Shown here: positions 10,845-20,584 of the stretch, piece by piece
Layout: each line of letters opens with the position of its first letter
How positions within the stretch are numbered: position 1 is the stretch's first letter
From: an uncultured Deinococcaceae bacterium
GTDB lineage: Bacteria; Deinococcota; Deinococci; Deinococcales; Deinococcaceae
Length of the DNA stretch: 45,391 nucleotides
Direction: 5' to 3'
NCBI GenBank assembly: GCA_964252075.1
Contig: CAXULY010000043.1
Coordinates: forward strand, 1-45,391
Notes under the pieces: generated by a model
What the model saw: the letters and a program-made list of their open reading frames with translations, nothing else
What the model was told of the DNA's origin: nothing
Database searches by the model: none
Position numbers and translations under genes: made by a program

Positions 10845-11060
10845 AGGCGGGCGCGCGGACGGGGCCCACCTGCGGTGGCGTTAGGTGCACGGCCCGCCTG
10901 AACGGAATGTGGTCCCCAGCGCACGGCGCTTTAGGCTTCCTAACGGGAGTGCTGGGCGGGCGCGCCGTGTCCCTAGACTGCCTGGGTCCCGCTGTTCCGC
11001 CGATCCTGGCGCGTGCCGTGGGCGGACGCCCGGCCACCGCGCGTCCGGGGAGGAACCCTG

Positions 11061-12191
11061 ATGCTGCTCGTGCCCCCGAATCTGATCATGCTGTGGCTCA
11101 CCGGCCTGTTCTCCGTCGCGCTGCTGGGCGGCGGCCTGTGGATGCTGTGGGAGTGGTTCGACAACTGGGTGCGGCACCTGCCGTCCGACCCGCGCCTGCT
11201 GGTGGGCGGGCTGGTCCTCACGGCGCTCGCGCTGCTCGGGCAGCCATTGGTGGCGCTGTTCCTGGGCCGCGCGCCGCGCCCCGACGAGGAGGAGCCGCGC
11301 GAGCTGCCGCCCGGCACGGCGCACGTCGTGGAGGGGCCGGATGGCGCGCGGCTGCACGTGGAGAGCTTCGGCCCGCCGGACGCGCCCGTGCTCCTCCTGA
11401 CGCACGGGTGGGGCCTGAATGGCGCGGCGTGGTTCTACGCCCGCCGTGAACTGGCCGAGCGGTACCGGCTGGTGGTGTGGGACCTCCCGGGCCTCGGCGC
11501 GTCCCGCGGGCCGAAGCACCACCAGCTGGACCTCGCGGGCTTCGCGGGCGACCTGAAGGCGGTGCTGGACAGCCTCGGCGCGCAGCGCGTGGTGCTGTGC
11601 GGGCACAGCATCGGCGGCATGATCATCCTGACGTTCTGCCGCCTGTACCCGGCGGCGCTCACGCAGCAGGTGGCGGGCCTGATCCTCACGCACACCACCT
11701 ACACGAACCCAATGAACACCACGTGGGGCGCCGCCGCCCTGCGGCCCCTGCAGAACGTGCTGGTGCGGCCCCTGTGCGCGCTGACGGTGTGGCTGTCGCC
11801 GCTCGTGCGGGTCTTTCAGCTGCTCGCGACCCTGAACGGCACCGCGCACCTCGCGAATCACTTCATGCAGTTCGGTGGCGCGGAGACGCGCGGGCAGCTC
11901 TCGTTCATCACGCGCCTGAGCCTGAAGGCCAACCCGGCGGTCGTGGCGCGCGGCATGCTGGCCATGCTGCGGTACGACGCGACCGACACCCTCCCGCACG
12001 TGCGCGTGCCGACGCTGGTGATCGCCGCTGACGCGGACCGGGCGACCGTCGCCGCCGCGTCGCGCGTCATGCTGGAGCGCATCCCGCACGCGCGCGGCGT
12101 GACGCTCGCGCCCGCCGGTCACCTGGGCCTGCTGGAGCAGCACGGGGACTGGGTGCGGGCGGTGGACGACTTCATGCAGCGCGTGCGGTGA
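11061..12191 (+). CDS. Alpha/beta hydrolase with N-terminal membrane anchor
   Basis: THGWG, WDLPGLG, GHSIGG nucleophile elbow, AGH; GGGGAGG RBS before ATG 11061. Confidence 0.88.
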   Translation: MLLVPPNLIMLWLTGLFSVALLGGGLWMLWEWFDNWVRHLPSDPRLLVGGLVLTALALLGQPLVALFLGRAPRPDEEEPRELPPGTAHVVEGPDGARLHVESFGPPDAPVLLLTHGWGLNGAAWFYARRELAERYRLVVWDLPGLGASRGPKHHQLDLAGFAGDLKAVLDSLGAQRVVLCGHSIGGMIILTFCRLYPAALTQQVAGLILTHTTYTNPMNTTWGAAALRPLQNVLVRPLCALTVWLSPLVRVFQLLATLNGTAHLANHFMQFGGAETRGQLSFITRLSLKANPAVVARGMLAMLRYDATDTLPHVRVPTLVIAADADRATVAAASRVMLERIPHARGVTLAPAGHLGLLEQHGDWVRAVDDFMQRVR

Positions 12192-12197
12192 GCGCCG

Positions 12198-13127
12198 TCA
12201 GGTGCTGATGTCCTCGTGCGCGGCGCGCGTGAAGACGCGCACGGCCTTCGGCAGCACCCGCACCGTGAACGGCGTGGTCGCTTCGATGCTCTCGCCGTCG
12301 TACTGCACCGGCAGTTCCGGTTCGCTCTCCACCTGCACCTCACGGCACGCGTACTGCTCCAGGTGATCCTTGAAGATGGGGTCACCCAGGTGCAGTTTCA
12401 GGCGGAGGCTGTCAATCAGGGTGGGCAGCAGGGACAGCACGCTCCTGCCTTTCACCACGATGACGCTCAGCTGGCCGTCCGTGGGGTCCACGTCGGTCGT
12501 GACGGGCAGGCGGGCGTTCACCATCCCGAAGTTCGCGACGAGCACCGCCGCGCCCTCGGCGCGCACCTCCCGGCCGTCCAGGGTCAGCTTGAAGTGCCGC
12601 GTGTGCGGCACAAGCTGCTTCAGGGCGCCCGCCACGTACGCCAGCACCCCGAGTTTCGGCTTGAGGTCCTCGCTCTCGCGAATCATTTCGGCGTCCAGGC
12701 CCGCGCCCGCCATCATGGCGAAGCCCTGCGTGACGCCGTTGATGTTCATTTCCGCGAGGTCGATGCTCAGCGTGCGTCCATGAAGCAGCACGTCCAGCAG
12801 GCCGTCCGCGTCGGTGGGCAGGTCGAGGTTGTGCGCGATGAGGTTTGCGGTGCCCGCCGGGTAAATGAACAGCGGCACGTCATGCTCGCGCAGCGTGTAC
12901 GCGACGCTGCTGACCGTACCGTCCCCGCCCGCCGCGACCACCGCGTCGAAGCTGGAGGCGTCACTTAGCAGGTCCGCGCACGGCACCTCGCGTTCCATCT
13001 GGCGCAGCGTGACGTCCAGGCCATGCGCGCTGAGCTGCTCGTGGAAGGCCTCGAGCTGACTGTTGCCCTGACCCGAGCGACTGTTCTGGATCAGGAGCAC
13101 CCGTTGTGGTCGCTGGAAAGAGGACAT
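12198..13127 (-). CDS. Diacylglycerol/lipid kinase family protein (YegS/DAGK)
   Basis: NSRSG, GGDGTV, PAGTAN, QYDGE motifs. Confidence 0.9.
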   Translation of the reverse strand: MSSFQRPQRVLLIQNSRSGQGNSQLEAFHEQLSAHGLDVTLRQMEREVPCADLLSDASSFDAVVAAGGDGTVSSVAYTLREHDVPLFIYPAGTANLIAHNLDLPTDADGLLDVLLHGRTLSIDLAEMNINGVTQGFAMMAGAGLDAEMIRESEDLKPKLGVLAYVAGALKQLVPHTRHFKLTLDGREVRAEGAAVLVANFGMVNARLPVTTDVDPTDGQLSVIVVKGRSVLSLLPTLIDSLRLKLHLGDPIFKDHLEQYACREVQVESEPELPVQYDGESIEATTPFTVRVLPKAVRVFTRAAHEDIST

Positions 13128-13749
13128 GAATGGTCACTATAGGTCACAGCGGGCACGGACCGAATGGCCGGGCGCTGCACCGCTCCTTCATGTTCCAGGC
13201 GCGCTGAACTGCCCGAATGCGATGGGTGGGCATCAGCACGTGGATTCAGCGGAGGAGGCACATCCAACGAGGCAGGATGGGTGCGGAGCGTGCCGGGGCA
13301 ACGAGTGGCGTGCCACGCATGGGCCAGACAGCTGGGCCGGCCTCCAGGAGCGAGCATGCCATCCCGCTCTACATAGAACGGCAGCATGATCCGGCACCGA
13401 CGGCGCCCTGTCAGGATCACGGCAAGGTCCCATGCCACAGACGAGCAAGTTGAATGGCGCGGTCATGCCCGCATCCGCCAAGGAAGGTGCGGACGTGGCA
13501 ATATTGTCCCTCGACGAGGAAGAGGACGCGTGACACCAACTGCCTCGTCGGGAGCCCCGGCGGAATGCCCTGCTGCCAGCTCTTGCAGCACACGCGCGTG
13601 AACAGCATTTCGCCCCGCCCAGGTGTGAACGCCATTTATCCCGAGAGCAAAATAATTCATTGGGACGTAAACATTTCTGGGCCGCGTGGCGCAGCGCGTG
13701 CCGGTGTACGTGCTGTTCGCCGACCCGCTGACGCGAGGGCCAAGCGCAC

Positions 13750-13777
13750 GAAGGGCCGCCCGGTGGGGCGGCCCTTC
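13750..13777 (-). terminator. Hairpin downstream of pprA
   Basis: GAAGGGCCGCCC-GGTG-GGGCGGCCCTTC perfect 12-bp stem. Confidence 0.65.
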
Positions 13778-13790
13778 ATGCGCGTTTCGC

Positions 13791-14669
13791 TCAGCGCAGG
13801 CCGAGCTTGAGGATGCCTGCGACGGCGTGGGTGGTGCCCTTCTGAAGCTCGTTGAGCTGCTCGATGGCTTCCTTCGTCATGGCCTTGTGGCGCTCGAAGC
13901 TGCGTGCGTCCGTGCCGGTCGCGCGCACGACGCTGCTGCGCACGAGGAAGTACGCCTCGGGCAGCCGCTCGAGCACCTTCGCGGCGTCCTTGTGCCGCGC
14001 GCCGAGGAGCGCGCCGAGCATGCCGACGCTGTTGCTGCGCTCCATCAGTTCGCGCTGCATGCCGCGGTCCTTGATGCTCAGGATGGCGTCCCACGCGGCG
14101 TCCGCGAGGGCGGTGGCGGGGCTGGCGGGTCGGTGCGCTTCGACCGCGAGGGTGTCGCCCGCGCGCCACGTGCGCACGAAGGTGCCGGCGCGCTCGTTCG
14201 TCCACAGCGTCTCGAAGTCGCGGGCGTCCTCGATGAGCACGCGCAACTGCGCGGGGTTCCGCACGGTCGTGCGGTGCCCTTCGGGCAGGACGCCCCAGTC
14301 GCTGAGGTCGTCGGCGTTCAGGGCGCGCATGGTTTCGTATGCGGCGCTGATGCTGGCGGCGCCCTGCGAGAGGCGCGCGACTTCACGGCCGTCGGTGAGG
14401 AGCGCGATGTCGCGCTCGGCGCCGCTGCCCAGGACCTGCGCGTCGTGCGTGAGGTGCTGCAGGCCGAGGCCCCAGCGGTCGTGCGCGAGGCGCAGCGCCT
14501 TCGTGAGTTCGGCGTTCAGGGTGGCGCTGTCCACGCCGTCCTGCGCGAGGGGCGCGGTGAGGCTGTCGACGTTCGCGGTGTTCATGAGCGCGTCGAAAGC
14601 CTTGAAGGGGCTGTCCTGGGTGGGCGTCTGCTTGGGGGTCGGTTCGGATCGGCGCGCGGCTTTGGTCAT
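13791..14669 (-). CDS. pprA: Deinococcus DNA repair protein PprA
   Basis: AFDALMNTANVDS, RWGLGL, ARDFET, DAAWD..SIKDR, GMLGALLGARH match recalled D. radiodurans PprA; GGAGG RBS. Confidence 0.95.
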   Translation of the reverse strand: MTKAARRSEPTPKQTPTQDSPFKAFDALMNTANVDSLTAPLAQDGVDSATLNAELTKALRLAHDRWGLGLQHLTHDAQVLGSGAERDIALLTDGREVARLSQGAASISAAYETMRALNADDLSDWGVLPEGHRTTVRNPAQLRVLIEDARDFETLWTNERAGTFVRTWRAGDTLAVEAHRPASPATALADAAWDAILSIKDRGMQRELMERSNSVGMLGALLGARHKDAAKVLERLPEAYFLVRSSVVRATGTDARSFERHKAMTKEAIEQLNELQKGTTHAVAGILKLGLR

Positions 14670-14696
14670 AGGTTCCTCCAGAAAGGGAATAATTCA

Positions 14697-14713
14697 TTCT
14701 GCTACAAACAGAT
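14697..14713. promoter_or_regulatory. RDRM (DdrO operator) upstream of pprA
   Basis: 17-bp imperfect palindrome TTCTGCTACAAACAGAT about 27 nt upstream of the pprA start; pprA is a core IrrE/DdrO regulon member. Confidence 0.75.
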
Positions 14714-15051
14714 GACCGTGACTGGTCACCCCTCACAAAACGCGTCCCTGACGCACTACGGTCCCACGGGATGGATGCGACCCACCGTCACGCTGCACCC
14801 ACCCCGTGCACCCAGTGTGCGCGCTCGGCAACCCTTGCGGGCGCGATTCACGACAGACACCAATAAGGAAAGAGGCATCTTACTTTCCTTAAGGCGCGCA
14901 CCAGCACGAAGCGGACGTACACGACAGGCCAGGCGACCCCTACGCCGATGTCGTACAGGTTATCCCCTGTGGTTGGCGTGTGCGGGCCCAGCGCGACACC
15001 CTGAACGCGGCGGGCAGCGGGCTGCACCCGCCCGCCGCGTCAGCCGCGCGT

Positions 15052-15489
15052 TCAGGGCTCGCGCTTCGGGGGCTGCTCCGGCCAGTGCGTGAGGGTGGTG
15101 CGCGTCCAGTACTGCAGCAGCTTCTCCATCAGCACCGTCTGGTCGTTGAGTTGCGACGGCTTGACGAGAAAGGCGCTGGCCTGACGGTCGTAGGCGCGCT
15201 GCACGTCCGCGTGCTCGTCGGACGTGGTGAGGATCACCACGGGAATGGCGCGCGTCGCCTTGTCCCCCTTCAGGCGAGACAGCACATCGAAGCCGTGCAT
15301 GCCGGGCATGTTGAGGTCCAGCAGGATCAGGTCCGGTGCGAAGCTGCGCTGCAACAGTTCGAAGGCGTCCTCACCGGTGTGCACCGTGCGCAGCTCGTAC
15401 GGCTGGTTCTGCTGGCTGAGGGCCAGCGCGGTGAGTTCCGAATCGATGGGGTCGTCGTCAATCAGAAGCAGTCGAAAGGGGCGGTTCAT
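15052..15489 (-). CDS. Single-domain response regulator (Rcp1/CheY-like)
   Basis: LLLIDDD, LLDLNMPG, LTTS, LVKP. Confidence 0.9.
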   Translation of the reverse strand: MNRPFRLLLIDDDPIDSELTALALSQQNQPYELRTVHTGEDAFELLQRSFAPDLILLDLNMPGMHGFDVLSRLKGDKATRAIPVVILTTSDEHADVQRAYDRQASAFLVKPSQLNDQTVLMEKLLQYWTRTTLTHWPEQPPKREP

Positions 15490-15650
15490 GGGTACGTCCA
15501 GGTGGAGGGGGAGGGCGTGGGGACGCTCACGTGGCGGAGTATGCCCGATTAAGCTTCACCGAACCCCGATGTGACTTACATGATGAAGGGGTGAAGGATT
15601 GACGTGAACGATACCACGGGCGCGAGCCGCGATGCTGATACCTTCTACCT

Positions 15651-16076
15651 GTGAACCTCAATGCGCCCCTCAGCGTGCTGCTCATCGAGGACCAGGACGA
15701 GGACGCGGAACTCCTGCTGGAGGCGGTGCGCGCCGCCGGCATTCAGTGGAACGTGCGGCACGTCCGGGATGGCGAGGAAGCGCTGCACGCCATGAAGGCT
15801 GACCCCGCCCACCTGATCATCACGGACCTGCGCGTGCAGGGCATGGACGGGTACACGCTGCTGGCCGAACTGCACCGCGAGGACCGCTGGCCGAACACCC
15901 CGGTCATCGTTCTGTCCGGCACCGTGCGGGACGTGGACCGTCAGCGCGGACTGAACCTGAGGGCCAGCGACGTCGTGCTGAAACCGGACAGCTTCCAGGG
16001 CTACCTGGAGCTGCTGCGCGCCCTTGACGAGGCGTGGGGTCCGCAGGCGCGCGCGGCGGCGCGCTCCGACCCCTGA
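15651..16076 (+). CDS. Single-domain response regulator
   Basis: LLIEDQ, ITDL, LSG, LKP; TACCTT 6 nt before GTG. Confidence 0.85.
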   Translation: MNLNAPLSVLLIEDQDEDAELLLEAVRAAGIQWNVRHVRDGEEALHAMKADPAHLIITDLRVQGMDGYTLLAELHREDRWPNTPVIVLSGTVRDVDRQRGLNLRASDVVLKPDSFQGYLELLRALDEAWGPQARAAARSDP

Positions 16077-16173
16077 AGACGAGCACCCCGCAGGCTGAAG
16101 CGAGGGTGAGGCGTTAAGAAATGCTGCGCGAACGCTCAATGGAAGGTGGGCGGCACACACCGTAGGGTGAGAC

Positions 16174-16845
16174 ATGCGTCCCCACCGCCTTCTCTCCATT
16201 GAGGATGACGCCGACATCGCGCGCCTCCTGCGCCTCGACCTTGAGGACGCCGGGTACGAAGTCACGCACGCCGACTGCGGCATGCAGGGCCTCCTCGCCT
16301 CACGCCAGCAGAGTTTCGACCTGATCCTCCTCGACCTTGGCCTGCCGGATTTCGATGGCAGTGAGGTGCTTAAACGCCTGCGCAGCAATTCCGAGGTGCC
16401 CGTCATCGCGCTGAGCGCGCGCGACGCGGTGGATGAGAAGGTGCGGCTGCTGGAGCTCGGCGCGAACGACTACATGGTGAAGCCCTTCTCGCTGGAGGAG
16501 CTGCTGGCGCGCGTGCAGGTGCAGTTGCGCAGCCCCAGCGAGGAGGTGCTGCGCGCGGGCCCGCTCGAACTGAACCTCACGAAGCGCACCGCCGCCTGCC
16601 GCGATGAGGACCTGCGCCTGACCGCCGTGGAGTTCACGATCCTGCAGGCCCTCATGTCGAGCCCCGGGAAGGTCTTCTCCCGCGCGGAACTCAACCAGCT
16701 GGTGTGGGAGGGGCAGCTGAACGACGGCAGCAACGTGCTGGACGTGCACGTCGCGAACATCCGCAGCAAGCTGCGCGACTTCGACGAGCACCGCATCATC
16801 CGCACGGTGCGCGGCCTCGGGTACAGCGTCCGCAACGAGGCGTGA
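16174..16845 (+). CDS. OmpR-family response regulator, DrRRA-like paralogue
   Basis: IEDD, LLDLGLPDFDG, GANDYMVKPF, SNVLDVHVANIRSKL, RTVRGLGY. Confidence 0.9.
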   Translation: MRPHRLLSIEDDADIARLLRLDLEDAGYEVTHADCGMQGLLASRQQSFDLILLDLGLPDFDGSEVLKRLRSNSEVPVIALSARDAVDEKVRLLELGANDYMVKPFSLEELLARVQVQLRSPSEEVLRAGPLELNLTKRTAACRDEDLRLTAVEFTILQALMSSPGKVFSRAELNQLVWEGQLNDGSNVLDVHVANIRSKLRDFDEHRIIRTVRGLGYSVRNEA

Positions 16846-16850
16846 AGGTG

Positions 16851-16876
16851 AGGGGCGCGGCCGTGGCCGCGCCCCT
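16851..16876. terminator. Hairpin between convergent genes
   Basis: AGGGGCGCGGCC-GT-GGCCGCGCCCCT. Confidence 0.6.
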
Positions 16877-16881
16877 ACGTT

Positions 16882-18093
16882 TCAGACGTGATCCATGCGT
16901 GGGCTGAAGGCCAGCGGGAGTTCCTGCAGGCCGCGCAGGGTGATGTGGTCACTCCAGCGCGCCTCGCCGTCCAGCCCGAGGTCCTGCAGCTGACCGAGCA
17001 GGTGCTCGAAGGCGATGGTGGCTTCCAGGCGCGCGAGGGGCGCGCCAAGGCAGTAATGGATGCCGCTCCCGAAGGCCAGCGGGCGCACGTCCGGGCGCGT
17101 CACGTCCAGCTGGTCGGGCGCCGCGTAGCGGACCGGGTCGCGGTTCGCCGCCGCGAGGAACAGCAGCACGCGGTCCCCGGCGCGCAGGTGCTGGCCGTCC
17201 ACCTCCAGGTCCTCCATGACGACGCGCCGGGTGAGCTGCACGGGCCCGCAGAAGCGCAGGAGTTCCTCCACGGCGTTCGGGATGAGGGCGGGCTCCCGCT
17301 GCAGGCGCGCGAGTTCTGTGGGGTGCTGCAGCAGCGCCAGCAGGCCATTCCCGATGAGGTTCATGGTGGTTTCGTGCCCCGCCACGAACAGCAGCACGCA
17401 CATGGTGAGCAGTTCCTGGCTGCTGAGGCGGTCGCCCTGCGCTTCGGCGGCCAGCATGCCGCTCAGCAGGTCCTCGCCGGGCGCGCGGCGGCGCGCCTCG
17501 ATGAGCCCCGCGAAGTACCGGTGGAAGGCGGCGGCGGCGTCGCGCACGGAGTGCAGTTCCTGCTCCCCCAGGTCCACGGGGTCGAGGCCCTTCACGAGCG
17601 CGTCCGCCCAGCCCTCGAAGACCCCCTGGTCCGCCTCGGGCACGCCCAGCATCTGCGCGATCACCAGGGCGGGCAGGGGGCGCGCGTAGTCGCGCAGCAG
17701 CTGCATGCGGCCCGTGGGTGTCAGGGGCGCCAGCAGCCGTGCGGACAGGGCGCGCACCCAGGGCTCCAGCGCGTTCACGGCGCGCGGCGTGAACGCCTGG
17801 TTCACGAGGGCGCGCAGGCGCGTGTGTGTGGGCGGGTCCTGGAACAGCATGGACGGCTGCGGCGCTTCGGTCAGCCCGTGGCGCGCCTGCAGTTCCTCAC
17901 ACCAGATGGGGGCCTGAACGCCGCGTCCCAGGCGCCGTTCCTTCAGGAGGCGCTGCACGGCGTCGTAACTGACGGCGGCCCACACGCCCGGTTGAAGGAG
18001 CGAGAGCGGGCCTCGCTGGCGGATCGCCTCGTACGTGGTGTGCGGGTTCTGCTGGAACGCCGGGGTGAACAGGCTGCGGTCGTGGTCGATCAT
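16882..18093 (-). CDS. Cytochrome P450
   Basis: DPPTHTRLR, AGHETT I-helix, EELLR, FGSGIHYCLG heme motif. Confidence 0.95.
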   Translation of the reverse strand: MIDHDRSLFTPAFQQNPHTTYEAIRQRGPLSLLQPGVWAAVSYDAVQRLLKERRLGRGVQAPIWCEELQARHGLTEAPQPSMLFQDPPTHTRLRALVNQAFTPRAVNALEPWVRALSARLLAPLTPTGRMQLLRDYARPLPALVIAQMLGVPEADQGVFEGWADALVKGLDPVDLGEQELHSVRDAAAAFHRYFAGLIEARRRAPGEDLLSGMLAAEAQGDRLSSQELLTMCVLLFVAGHETTMNLIGNGLLALLQHPTELARLQREPALIPNAVEELLRFCGPVQLTRRVVMEDLEVDGQHLRAGDRVLLFLAAANRDPVRYAAPDQLDVTRPDVRPLAFGSGIHYCLGAPLARLEATIAFEHLLGQLQDLGLDGEARWSDHITLRGLQELPLAFSPRMDHV

Positions 18094-18154
18094 GACGCCT
18101 CCAGTGGTGGGGGTGGCGCCCCGCGCCGCGCGCGCGTGAGGGGCGCCCGGGCGG

Positions 18155-18703
18155 TCATCCGGGGTGTTCGGGCGCGTGGCGGTCCATCACGTCCGCCACC
18201 GCCTCGGGCTTCACGTCCTGCATGGCTTCCTGCACCGCGAGCGGGTCGGCGACCTGCACGCCGAGGTGCTCGGCGACGGCGTGCGTGAGGCGAATCAGCT
18301 GCGTGAGTTCATGCTCCGTCAGCATGTTCACGTGCACGTCGAGGTCCGCGCGGCGCGCGCTGACGGCCGCCATGCGGTTCTGGCTGATCAGGACGAAGGT
18401 GGACAGAAAGATGGCTTCCAGGGAGCCCGCCATGGTGAGCAGCCCGAACGGGTAGGGATCGAAGGGCTTGAGGCCCAGCCAGCCGAGGTTCACGATTACC
18501 CAGCAGCCGATGATCGCGAGGTGCAGGTACACGAAGGTCATGCTGCCCGTGAAGCGCGTGATGGCGTCCGCGACGCGGTCCTGGGTGGTGGCGCGCCGGT
18601 CCGCCTCCCGGTGCATCTCGGCGAGGGCGGTGGCGTTGCGGGCGATCACCTCGTCGAAGGAGGCGGGGGGGCGCCCGGTGGACGGGCGGGATTGGTGCTC
18701 CAT
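18155..18703 (-). CDS. DUF1003 membrane protein
   Basis: ADAITRFTGS, FDPYPF, LEAIFLSTFVLISQNR. Confidence 0.88.
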   Translation of the reverse strand: MEHQSRPSTGRPPASFDEVIARNATALAEMHREADRRATTQDRVADAITRFTGSMTFVYLHLAIIGCWVIVNLGWLGLKPFDPYPFGLLTMAGSLEAIFLSTFVLISQNRMAAVSARRADLDVHVNMLTEHELTQLIRLTHAVAEHLGVQVADPLAVQEAMQDVKPEAVADVMDRHAPEHPG

Positions 18704-18905
18704 GGTGGCCTCCCGGTGCAGGGGTGCGGACCGGGTGCCGGTGCTCCGCTTCCCTGCCGCAGTCTGTTCGCGCTCCTCGGCGGAAAACAGCGGGTGGACC
18801 TCAAGCGACCTTGGGGAATGTCGCGAAGTCAGGCTGAAGTCCCTGAAGGCCGCGCGGCGCGGCGCTCATGGGCGCGCGGCAGGCGCGGCGGTTAAGGTGG
18901 TGGGC

Positions 18906-19778
18906 ATGGAAGCAGCGTTTCTCGGGCTGGGCATCATGGGGAGCCGCATGGCCGCGCACCTCGTCCGCGCGGAGCACCGGGTGACGGTGCACAACCGCAC
19001 CCGCAGCAAAGCGGATGACCTGCTGCGCGCGGGCGCGCACTGGGCGGACACCCCCGCGCTCGCCGCGCGGGACGCGCAGGTGCTCTTCACCATGCTGCCG
19101 CACCCCGAGGCGGTTCAGGAGGCGGCCTTGGGCGAGGGCGGCTTCCTGGCGACCCTCCCGGCGGGCGCGCTGTGAGTGGACTGCAGCACCGTGCACCCGG
19201 ATTTCTCGCGGCAGATGGCGGAGCGGGCGCGCTCACGCGGCGTGCACTTCCTGGACGCGCCCGTGACGGGCTCCAGACAGCCCGCGGAGGCCGCACAACT
19301 GGTGTTCCTGGTGGGCGGCGAGGTGGCGGACCTGGACGCGGCGCGCCCCCTGCTGACCCTCATGGGCCGCGAGGTGATTCACGCGGGGACCACGGGTGCG
19401 GGTTCGGCCCTGAAGCTGGTCTTCAATCACCTCCTGGGCACCGCCATGGCGGCCTTCTCGGAGGCCGTGCAGCTGGGCATGTCGCTGGGATTGCCGCAGG
19501 ACCTGCTGCTGCAGAGCGTGCTGGGGTCCGGGGTGGCGGCGCCGTTCCTGAGCGCCAAGCGAGGCAAGCTGGAGGCGCGTGCGTTCGAGCCGGACTTCCC
19601 CCTGCAGTGGATGCGCAAGGACCTGCACCTCGTGGGCGTCGCCGCGTACGGGTCCGGCGCGGTCACGCCGCTGGCGGCGCTCACCGAGGCGCTCTTTCAG
19701 GACGCCATGAACCTGGGGTTCGGCGAGCGCGACTTCTCCGCGCTGTTCGCCGCGCGGGACCGCCGCACCGACGCGTGA
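18906..19778 (+). pseudogene. 3-hydroxyisobutyrate dehydrogenase-family NAD(P) oxidoreductase with one in-frame stop
   Basis: FLGLGIMG, HNRT...GAL*VDCSTV (TGA at 19173-19175, probably from TGG), DAPVTGS, KLVFN; the same frame continues past the stop. Confidence 0.8.
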
Positions 19779-19850
19779 CAGCGGCCCCGCGCCCCGGTGG
19801 CCGGGCGCTCCGTCAGATTTCCGTGACGGCGCGGCTGCTACCTTCAGGGC

Positions 19851-20003
19851 ATGCAGGAGATTCAGGCCGCCGATTTTGAACTGGACGACGTGTTCAGCCC
19901 GCAGGACGCCCCCAGCACCGCGTTCATGGACGAACCGGGGCACGAGGAAGGCGTTCAGGAGGGCGCGGAGCTCGTCTTCGTCGGCTGGACGTACAACATC
20001 TGA
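19851..20003 (+). CDS. Small acidic hypothetical protein (50 aa)
   Basis: [18 protein letters not shown]...[10 protein letters not shown]; genome-like codon usage; TACCTT 6 nt before ATG. Confidence 0.55.
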   Translation: MQEIQAADFELDDVFSPQDAPSTAFMDEPGHEEGVQEGAELVFVGWTYNI

Positions 20004-20154
20004 CGGGCGGATTGTGGGGGCGGCGCCGCGCCCACGGCGTTCCCTGAAATGGATTTCGGGCGCCTGTGCGAGTGTGTGTGCGCCCGCGGAGGCCGCACAC
20101 CTGGGCCGAAGGTGTGGCATGATAACCCGCAAAGCCACCTCTGGAGGAACACGC

Positions 20155-20511
20155 ATGACCAAGAGCAGCAAGAAGGCCGCCCCGAAGACCACCGCCGCCC
20201 CTGCCGCCCCGGCTGCCGCCCAGACCTCGGGCAGCGAGAAGATGGGCAAGACGCAGCTCATCGAGCACGTGTCGAGCACCGCCGGGCTCACCAAGAAGCA
20301 GGCGACGGACGCCGTGAACGCCGTTCTCGCGGGCATGACGGACGCCATCCGCTCGGGCCGCACGGTGGGCCTGCCGGGCCTCGGCACCTTCAGCGTGAAG
20401 GCCACCGCGGCGCGCACCGGCGTGCGCCCCGGCACCAGCGAGAAAATCCAGATTCCCGCGGGCAAGAAGGTGGCCTTCAAGGTCGCCACGGACCTCAAGG
20501 GCAGCATCTAA
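20155..20511 (+). CDS. hup: HU family nucleoid-associated protein
   Basis: Lys/Ala N-terminal extension, [15 protein letters not shown] arm, KKVAFK; GGAGG RBS. Confidence 0.93.
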   Translation: MTKSSKKAAPKTTAAPAAPAAAQTSGSEKMGKTQLIEHVSSTAGLTKKQATDAVNAVLAGMTDAIRSGRTVGLPGLGTFSVKATAARTGVRPGTSEKIQIPAGKKVAFKVATDLKGSI

Positions 20512-20522
20512 ACGCGCGTCCA

Positions 20523-20559
20523 GAGGGGCGGCGCGGCCCGGTGGGCCGCGCCGCCCCTC
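20523..20559 (+). terminator. Hairpin downstream of hup
   Basis: 17-bp perfect stem GAGGGGCGGCGCGGCCC-GGT-GGGCCGCGCCGCCCCTC. Confidence 0.65.
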
Positions 20560-20584
20560 GCGTTGAAACCCGGTACACTCACGC

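Noticed and set aside
10931..10943. TTAGG-CTT-CCTAA dyad as MntR box or recombination site
   Set aside because: Spacing differs from the mntR operator and it is short enough to occur by chance
13130..13740. ORFs in the DAGK-pprA spacer
   Set aside because: No coding bias, RBS or recognisable motifs
19173..19175. Selenocysteine recoding of the in-frame TGA
   Set aside because: The position fits a structural Trp, not a catalytic Cys; no SECIS recognised
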